NCBI GenBank assembly: GCA_965372795.1
Contig: CBDVDR010000001.1
Span: 224,001 to 288,000 of the forward strand
Origin: an uncultured bacterium
Lineage (GTDB): Bacteria; Zixibacteria; MSB-5A5; GN15; FEB-12
DNA length: 64,000 nucleotides
Direction of reading: 5' to 3'
Below are positions 57,424-64,000 of the stretch, one piece after another; within the stretch, counting starts at the first letter, position 1, and the number at the start of each line of letters is the position of its first letter. The translations under genes were made by a program, and so were the position numbers. Below the pieces are notes generated by a model. That model made no database searches and was not told where the DNA came from. It was given only the letters and a program-made list of their open reading frames with translations.

Positions 57424-60261
57424 ATGCCAACCGACTTGGAACTCATAAAACAACTCGAAAAAGAACTTGGAAAAACGTTGACCAGGAAAAAAGACATCAA
57501 GTTTAGTGAATACTGTACAAAAGAGTATCAAACAGATTCAAATGGAAAAGTTGTTGTTTTGATGCTGAATGATTTGGGAATTAATTATATTCCACAAATA
57601 GTATTTAAATTCAAAAAGTTAAAAGCTCTCTCATTGAGAGATAATAAAATCAGAAAATTATCTTCTAAAATTTTCAATCTTCAAAACTTAGAAAAACTAA
57701 ACTTAACATTTAATAAACTAAGTACACTTCCATCTGAGGTTAGCCTGTTAAGAAAATTATCAGAATTTCTTCTGAATTTTAATGATTTCAATACATTTCC
57801 TTCAGAAATATTAAAATTGAAAAACTTAAATTACTTAGGTTTTTACGGTAGTAAACTTTCATCTATACCTTCAAAAATTGAACAATTAAAGGAATTAGCA
57901 GAATTGAATCTTGGTGGAAATAACTTCACTTCATTCCCTGTTGAAATATTGAAATGTGTCAATTTGGAAAGGTTATTATTGCATCGTAATAATCTTTCTA
58001 CTATTCCTTCTGACATAATTTTATTACCGAGATTAAAAAGATTAACTTTAGGAATTAATAAGTTTAACAAATTCCCACTTGAAATATTACAATTAGTATC
58101 CTTAGAAGACTTAGAAATTAATGAAAATTTATTAACTTCTCTACCTCCTGAAATAGATAAATTAAAGAATTTAACTCAATTATCCTTAGAGAATAATAGA
58201 TTAACATTTCTACCTTATGAAATCATAAAATTGCGAAAATTAAAACACCTGGGACTCAACGATAACCCTATCGAACAACCACCACCTGAAATTGCTTTTG
58301 ATGAAGACAATATTAATCGAATTCGTGATTATTTCGAATCATTGGAATCTCAGGGTGAAGATTTTATCTATGAAGCAAAACTTATCCTTGTCGGTGAGCC
58401 GGGAGCAGGCAAAACTTCGTTATCAATAAAACTTAATAACCCGGACTATAAATTAAATCCCAAGGAACCTATGACCGAAGGAATTGACGTTAACAAATGG
58501 GAATTCCTATATTCAGAAAAAATTCCCTTTAGGTGTAATATCTGGGATTTTGGCGGGCAGGAAATCATGCACGCCACCCATCGATATTTCCTAACCAAAC
58601 GTACACTTTATATTGTTGTCGCTGATAATCGCAAAGAAAATACAGATTTTTATTATTGGTTAAACATTCTCGAACTCTTCAGTGGCAAATGTCCTGTACT
58701 TATTGTCTTGAATGAAAAACATAATCATAAGAAAAGTGTTCCGGAAAATATTTTAAAAACTTTCACAAGTGTTAAAAAGGTTTTTGAAGTTAACCTCGAT
58801 GACAACACTGGGTTGGAATACTTATCCAAAGAAATTAAAAAATATTTATGCAATTTAGATCATGTCGGAAATGATCCGATACCTAAGAAATGGGTCAGTA
58901 TCCGCAAGGCTCTAGAAAAAGAAAAAAGTAATTATATATCATATGATCAATATTTGCATATTTGTAAAGCTCATGGAATCGAAGATGAACAAAAAGCAAG
59001 GTATATCAGTGAATTCCTGCATGACCTCGGCGTCGTTCTGCACTTTCAAGATGATTTAACTCTAAATAAAACGGTAATCCTAAATACCGGTTGGGCAACC
59101 GAAGCTGTATACAAAATCCTATTTGATCATGATATTATTGAAAGCGGAGGAACATTTAATAACAAAAACATAGAAAGAGTCTGGCATCAGGATATTTATA
59201 AAAGCAAGCATAGCGAATTGCTCCAACTTATGTTAAATTTTGAACTCTGTTTTGAGATAGATGAAACACGTCAATATATAATACCGGAATTGTTGCCAGA
59301 TAAATCTTCTGCGGATCAAAAATACTGGACAGAGATAAGCTCCAAAGGAAAAGAGCTTCTACGCTTTGAATACCGCTACGATTTTATGCCAAAAGGTATT
59401 ATTTCACGTTTGATAGTACGTATGAATAAATATATCCATAAAAGACAAAATTGGAAAAGCGGGGTTATTCTTAAAAACGGCGATAGTCTCGCCGAAATAA
59501 CAGAAACTATTGATAAAAGAGTATTGAAAATACGCATTACCGGAAACGATCGACTGGAGACACTCTCTATTATTCGGGGTTATATTAATAAATTAAATGA
59601 CACATTTGAGAATCTAAGCGTTGATGAGATGGTACCTTGTAATTGTGCTGAATGTAATAAAAACGAAGTACCTATATTTTTTAAATATAAATTATTAAAA
59701 CAGTATAAACAGGAGGAAGAAAAATTTATAAAATGTAATGCCGGAAATTTGAAAAATGTTGATGTCTTGTCTCTGATTAGTGATGTCATACTGAAAGAGG
59801 ATAGTGAAATGAAAGATGAAAAAGGTTCGAAAGATCAAATAATCAATTTCAATCCTACAATCAACACTACCTCTAATGCCGATGCAACAGCAGATGTTGA
59901 CATTGAAATAACAAATGAAATTCAAATCAACATCAATGGTTTATCCGGTGCCTTTGATAATTTAAAAGATGATCTCTTGGATGAAGCAGAAGACGATGAT
60001 ACTAAAAAATCGGTAGAAAAAGAAATAGCTAAAGTCAAAAAAGCCTTTGAACAACTTCAACAATCAAAAACAAAAGATGATGTACATACTGGTGCAATGG
60101 GTCGCATCAATAGATTTATCAAAAAAATACACGATACAAATACAACGATAGGTAAAGTCTTTGGCAAAATTGAAGATAATGTCTGCCTGGCTCAGGATTT
60201 AGCTGGCTACTATAATAAAATCGCTCTTTTGTCTGGCTTACCACCTGTAGATATTTTCTAA
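57424..60261 (+). CDS. Roco protein (LRR-Roc GTPase-COR) with extra C-terminal helical region
   Basis: About ten 23-aa LRRs; GEPGAGKTS and WDFGGQEIMHATHRYFL; COR LHDLGVVLHF and FMPKGIISRLIVR; CxCxxC. Confidence 0.93.
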   Translation: MPTDLELIKQLEKELGKTLTRKKDIKFSEYCTKEYQTDSNGKVVVLMLNDLGINYIPQIVFKFKKLKALSLRDNKIRKLSSKIFNLQNLEKLNLTFNKLSTLPSEVSLLRKLSEFLLNFNDFNTFPSEILKLKNLNYLGFYGSKLSSIPSKIEQLKELAELNLGGNNFTSFPVEILKCVNLERLLLHRNNLSTIPSDIILLPRLKRLTLGINKFNKFPLEILQLVSLEDLEINENLLTSLPPEIDKLKNLTQLSLENNRLTFLPYEIIKLRKLKHLGLNDNPIEQPPPEIAFDEDNINRIRDYFESLESQGEDFIYEAKLILVGEPGAGKTSLSIKLNNPDYKLNPKEPMTEGIDVNKWEFLYSEKIPFRCNIWDFGGQEIMHATHRYFLTKRTLYIVVADNRKENTDFYYWLNILELFSGKCPVLIVLNEKHNHKKSVPENILKTFTSVKKVFEVNLDDNTGLEYLSKEIKKYLCNLDHVGNDPIPKKWVSIRKALEKEKSNYISYDQYLHICKAHGIEDEQKARYISEFLHDLGVVLHFQDDLTLNKTVILNTGWATEAVYKILFDHDIIESGGTFNNKNIERVWHQDIYKSKHSELLQLMLNFELCFEIDETRQYIIPELLPDKSSADQKYWTEISSKGKELLRFEYRYDFMPKGIISRLIVRMNKYIHKRQNWKSGVILKNGDSLAEITETIDKRVLKIRITGNDRLETLSIIRGYINKLNDTFENLSVDEMVPCNCAECNKNEVPIFFKYKLLKQYKQEEEKFIKCNAGNLKNVDVLSLISDVILKEDSEMKDEKGSKDQIINFNPTINTTSNADATADVDIEITNEIQININGLSGAFDNLKDDLLDEAEDDDTKKSVEKEIAKVKKAFEQLQQSKTKDDVHTGAMGRINRFIKKIHDTNTTIGKVFGKIEDNVCLAQDLAGYYNKIALLSGLPPVDIF

Positions 60262-60288
60262 AAGAAAGAATAAGGTAAGCCCACGCAT

Positions 60289-60577
60289 GGCAGAACCCCG
60301 CCTTTGGCGGACTATTAGCCTTTAGTGCTCCTGCCAATTTGTCGAAACCGCAGAGGTTCGACCTACGCAAGACTTCGGTTCACTTTCACCCTAAATTCAT
60401 TGGTGATTGAGAAAAGGCTCCCCTTTATAAAAGGAGGAACGGAAAGTTATGCCCAATTTTATATCTGAAAATCTCCCGAAAATAAAAAGCACACGAAGTG
60501 TGTCTTGGTTTCGAGAGCTGATCAATACAGATAACTCTTTCAAATTAATTGTCAGGAGCACACGGCTCCTGACCTAC
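60289..60577. repeat. REP-like hairpin cluster downstream of the Roco gene
   Basis: 60289-60335 interrupted REP; 60340-60366 and 60551-60577 minus-strand GTAG hairpins; CACACGAAGTGTG at 60490-60502. Confidence 0.75.
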
Positions 60578-60586
60578 TCAAAAAGA

Positions 60587-60947
60587 AAACACAAAAGTAA
60601 CAAAACGAACCCATTTGGGTTGTACAAGGAATCACCACAATGACTTACAACAAAAAAATGTTTTTTTGGGGGTGCCACACCGCTTGCTGTGGGTTTAATA
60701 TTCATACTACAAAAAAAAATCTAAATTATGCCAAGGATAAACACACGAAGTGTGCAAACGAACCCATTTTCATTGTACTATGATATACAATTACGACTTA
60801 CAGCGAAAATAGTTTGTTCATGAATATAAACCACACGAAGTGAGCAAACGAACCCATTTTGACTATAAGGAAAATCACCACAATGACTTACAGCGAAAAA
60901 GAGTTGTTCTTGATTATAAACCACACGACGTGTGCACGAAGTGTGTC
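60587..60947. repeat. Direct-repeat array with 90-bp period
   Basis: Units start at 60741, 60831 and 60921 (partial), plus a diverged copy near 60587; blocks AAACGAACCCATTT and GACTTACA are separated by exactly 25 variable nt in three copies. Confidence 0.85.
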
Positions 60948-61707
60948 AGGAACTTAGGTAAATTGCCAGGCGGTCTTTGAATTCGGCTTTAGCGATATCA
61001 ACATCCAAAATACCTTTGTAAGCAATCGAAATCTGAGCCGTCTCCTCCGAAACCACAACAATCACCGCATCCGCTTCTTCGGACAACCCAATCGCAGCTT
61101 TGTGGCGCATCCCGTAAAGTTTCCCATAGCGCGGGTTAGTTGTCAACGGCAGCGAACAAGCGGCGGCAAGGATATGATCGCCCGAAACCACGACCGCCCC
61201 GTCATGTAAAGGAGTATATGGTGTAAACAGAGTGACCAGAAGTTCTGATGATAATTCGGAGTTGATCTCTTTGCCCGACTCAACAAAATTGCGCAACCCG
61301 GTTTGGCGTTCAATAACAATCAGCCCGCCATAGCGAAGTTCCGCCAGACGCAGTACGGCTCGGGAGACCTCGATAATTGATCTTCGCTGTTCTTCGGTAA
61401 ACAATCGCCTTACAAAACGGTGTTGCCCGAACTGGGCCAGCACCGACCGGAGTTCCGGCTGGAATACAATCACGATAACGATCAGACCGAAGGTGGCAAG
61501 GTTTGAAAACATCCAGGTGACGCCTTCAAGCTGAAACCAATAGGAGATAAATGCGACCACCGCCAAAGTAAACAGTCCGAAAATAATTTGCGCCGAACGG
61601 GTGCCTTTCATCAGTTTTAGAAGCTGATAAAAGATAAACGATACAATCATAATATCGATGATATCTTTTATTCCGAACTTAATAAAATCTAATTGATAAA
61701 AGGTCAT
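60946..61707 (-). CDS. cdaA: Diadenylate cyclase CdaA/DacA
   Basis: 3 TM helices; FQPELR, PLHDGA, GMRHKAAIG and VVSEET motifs. Confidence 0.95.
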   Translation of the reverse strand: MTFYQLDFIKFGIKDIIDIMIVSFIFYQLLKLMKGTRSAQIIFGLFTLAVVAFISYWFQLEGVTWMFSNLATFGLIVIVIVFQPELRSVLAQFGQHRFVRRLFTEEQRRSIIEVSRAVLRLAELRYGGLIVIERQTGLRNFVESGKEINSELSSELLVTLFTPYTPLHDGAVVVSGDHILAAACSLPLTTNPRYGKLYGMRHKAAIGLSEEADAVIVVVSEETAQISIAYKGILDVDIAKAEFKDRLAIYLSS

Positions 61708-62585
61708 TTTGTTTCTCTTATAGCTTGCAAAACTTTCAGGGCTTCAACCGTTTGCTCAACATCATGCACTCTTACTATATCGGCACCATGAAGCAGAGCC
61801 ACTACTGCCGAAGAAATCGAACCGCCTAATCTGTCCGAGGCTGGTTTGTCCGAATCATGGATCATTCCGATAAAAGATTTTCGCGAGGTTCCCACAAGCA
61901 ACGGCAGTCCGGTTTCTTTAAATTTTTTCAGACCTGCCAAAAGCTCAAGGTTATCATTCAGCCGTTTTCCAAACCCGATTCCGGGATCGAGAATAATTTT
62001 TGAACGGTCAATCCCTTTGCTTTCACAGTACGAAATTCTTTCCTTAAAAAAAAGCAATATCTCTGCGACACAATCCTGATAATTTGGTTTTTTCTGCATT
62101 CCCCCAGGCTCCCCCTGCATATGCATCAGCACGATGGGCGCTTTCCGCTTCGCCACTAATTTTGCCATTCCGGAATCAAACCGCAAAGCCGAAATATCAT
62201 TCACAATATCCGCTCCCGCATCAAGTGCCTGCCGGGCGGTTTCAGCCTTATAAGTGTCAATAGAAATCGGAACGGTGCTTTCTTTACGAATCATTTTGAT
62301 TACCGGAATCACGCGGCTAAGTTCTTCATCAAGTAAAACCGGTTCCGCTCCGGGACGGGCGGATTCTCCGCCGATATCGACAATATCCGCCCCCTGTTGT
62401 TCCATTTCGATAGCTTTTCTAAATGCCTTTTCAAGGTTTGAATATTCGCTGCCATCGGAAAAAGAATCCGGGGTGACATTCAGGATGCCCATAATCAACG
62501 GTCGGCTTAGAGCAATCTGATTACCGTTTGAAAGCGGGATCACTTTTTTTATCTCTTCAGTACGTTTTAAAATCTGTTTTGACAT
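61704..62585 (-). CDS. folP: Dihydropteroate synthase
   Basis: MGILNVTPDSFSDG, DPGIGFGK, SRKSF and RVHDV motifs. Confidence 0.98.
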   Translation of the reverse strand: MSKQILKRTEEIKKVIPLSNGNQIALSRPLIMGILNVTPDSFSDGSEYSNLEKAFRKAIEMEQQGADIVDIGGESARPGAEPVLLDEELSRVIPVIKMIRKESTVPISIDTYKAETARQALDAGADIVNDISALRFDSGMAKLVAKRKAPIVLMHMQGEPGGMQKKPNYQDCVAEILLFFKERISYCESKGIDRSKIILDPGIGFGKRLNDNLELLAGLKKFKETGLPLLVGTSRKSFIGMIHDSDKPASDRLGGSISSAVVALLHGADIVRVHDVEQTVEALKVLQAIRETK

Positions 62586-62659
62586 ATTGACCGTTAAGTT
62601 TTGTTTCTATCTTTATAGAACTTAAATCAAAGATGGAAATCAAGAATAATTCGTTTAAT

Positions 62660-62692
62660 AAAAAAAGCCGGTTTAATTAAAAACCGGCTTTT
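62660..62692 (-). terminator. Intrinsic terminator after ftsH
   Basis: AAAAGCCGGTTT-AATTAA-AAACCGGCTTTT with U-tract on the minus strand. Confidence 0.88.
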
Positions 62693-62714
62693 ACCCTAAT
62701 CTATACTCAAAATT

Positions 62715-64000
62715 TTATTTTTCAGGAGATGGAATCGGCTGTTCAACCTCTTCAACGTCACCGGAAGATTGTCCGACAATTTCATTAACTTCACGGCTAT
62801 CAATAATTTCTTTTTCAAGAAGTCTTTTAGCCAGTTTATGAAGTTTGTCGACATTTTTAGTTAAAATAACCCGGGCGACTTCTTCGGCATCCATAACGAA
62901 TCGTTTGACTTCAGAATCAATCATTTTTGCAGTATCTTCAGAGAAATCATGGCGTTGTTGAATTTCTTTACCGAGGAAAATATGTTCATCGGTTTTGCCA
63001 AGCGTAACCGGTCCGATTTTTTCAGACATGCCCCAATTACAGGTCATCTTCTTGGCTAATCGAGTAGCCCGTTCCAGATCATTCCCGGCACCTGTATCAA
63101 GCTGGTCGAAAACAATCAATTCCGCAACCCGACCACCCATAAGTACCGCCAGAGTCGATTCAAGATATTCCTTCGAATGAGTATGACGTTCGTCGACCGG
63201 TAAAGATTGAGTCACACCAAGCGCCATTCCCCGAGGAATAATTGTAACTTTGTGAACCGGGTCAGCTTTAGGCAGATATTTTGAAACTAGAGTATGACCG
63301 GCTTCATGATAAGCAATCACTTTCTTTTCTTCCGGCATTATTACCAGTGATCTTCGAGCTGAACCCATTAACACTTTATCTTTAGCTTCTTCAAAATCAT
63401 CCATTGTGACCGAATCACGATTTTTTCGTGATGCTAACAGAGCAGCTTCATTAACCATATTGGCCAGATCGGCACCGGTCATTCCGGGAGTACCCCTTGC
63501 AAGAACAGTCAGATCAACATCATCACTAATCTTAACTTTTCGAACATGAACGTTAAGAATTCCTTCTCTACCTTTAACATCAGGATTTCCAACAACAATT
63601 TGCCGATCAAATCGACCGGGACGCAACAGGGCCGGGTCGAGCACATCAGGACGGTTTGTTGCGGCAATCAAGATGACACCTTCATTAGATTCAAAGCCAT
63701 CCATTTCAACCAGCAATTGATTTAATGTTTGTTCACGTTCATCATGTCCCCCGCCTAATCCGGTTCCACGATGGCGACCAACAGCATCAATTTCATCAAT
63801 AAAGATAATACACGGGGCATTTTTCTTGCCTTGTTCAAACAGATCACGAACCCGGCTGGCACCAACCCCGACAAACATCTCGACAAAATCCGAACCCGAC
63901 ATCGAGAAAAACGGCACGCCTGCTTCACCAGCCACAGCTCTTGCAAGCAAAGTTTTACCGGTTCCCGGAGGACCCAGCAAAAGAGCGCCTTTGGGAATTT
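62715..64000 (-). CDS. ftsH: ATP-dependent zinc metalloprotease FtsH (3' part; 5' end outside window)
   Basis: [26 protein letters not shown] and HEAGH motifs. Confidence 0.99.
   Translation of the reverse strand, partial: IPKGALLLGPPGTGKTLLARAVAGEAGVPFFSMSGSDFVEMFVGVGASRVRDLFEQGKKNAPCIIFIDEIDAVGRHRGTGLGGGHDEREQTLNQLLVEMDGFESNEGVILIAATNRPDVLDPALLRPGRFDRQIVVGNPDVKGREGILNVHVRKVKISDDVDLTVLARGTPGMTGADLANMVNEAALLASRKNRDSVTMDDFEEAKDKVLMGSARRSLVIMPEEKKVIAYHEAGHTLVSKYLPKADPVHKVTIIPRGMALGVTQSLPVDERHTHSKEYLESTLAVLMGGRVAELIVFDQLDTGAGNDLERATRLAKKMTCNWGMSEKIGPVTLGKTDEHIFLGKEIQQRHDFSEDTAKMIDSEVKRFVMDAEEVARVILTKNVDKLHKLAKRLLEKEIIDSREVNEIVGQSSGDVEEVEQPIPSPEK

Noticed and set aside
60449..60643. 64-aa + strand ORF (and 60119..60370 on the minus strand)
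   Set aside because: Composed of repeat sequence with no protein-like features
60587..60947. CRISPR array
   Set aside because: Variable segments are related to each other, a second conserved block lies within each unit, the period is 90 bp and no cas genes are present
155..63946. Numerous 60-155 aa ORFs antisense to or nested in long genes
   Set aside because: Shadow ORFs of well-supported housekeeping genes; no motifs or RBS support
1..64000. tRNA, rRNA, transposase, integrase or prophage genes
   Set aside because: None recognisable in the ORF set or intergenic regions by eye; a covariance-model scan would be needed to exclude small RNAs

Overview
AT-rich bacterial chromosomal window, mostly minus-strand housekeeping genes, from a diderm: kdsB and lnt are present, and secreted proteins carry FlgD/T9SS-type C-terminal domains. 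That repertoire suggests an FCB-superphylum lineage such as Zixibacteria, but this is inference only. Gene order from the left: start of the dcw cluster (ftsI 5' end, ftsL, rsmH, mraZ); a C25 gingipain-like peptidase converging on two GT4s, a FemAB/GNAT protein, a PorZ-like propeller and lnt; gpmI, purM, rluD, a degenerate pdxJ, ksgA, tatD, metG, yaaT, holB, envC-ftsX and a degenerate ftsE; rho, rsfS, a half-length glmU, panD and panC; an orphan SIR2-like gene and a DRG-type GTPase; a Wbp-like surface polysaccharide locus; pyrG and kdsB; a catalytically degenerate kinase-like/NtrC-like/GAF module; mltG, ruvX and lepA; an LRR-Roc-COR (Roco) gene; cdaA, folP and the 3' part of ftsH. I recognised no rRNA, tRNA, transposase or CRISPR-Cas. 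Most notable: (i) dense GTAG/TGTC-tagged REP-like hairpins and a recurrent CACAC-GAA-GTGTG mini-hairpin bracketing the accessory genes, including a 90-bp-period array with 25-nt variable segments behind the Roco gene; (ii) a possible T9SS-like protein-to-glycan attachment system; (iii) several apparent pseudo-enzymes; (iv) a promoter-to-terminator candidate sRNA upstream of lepA.
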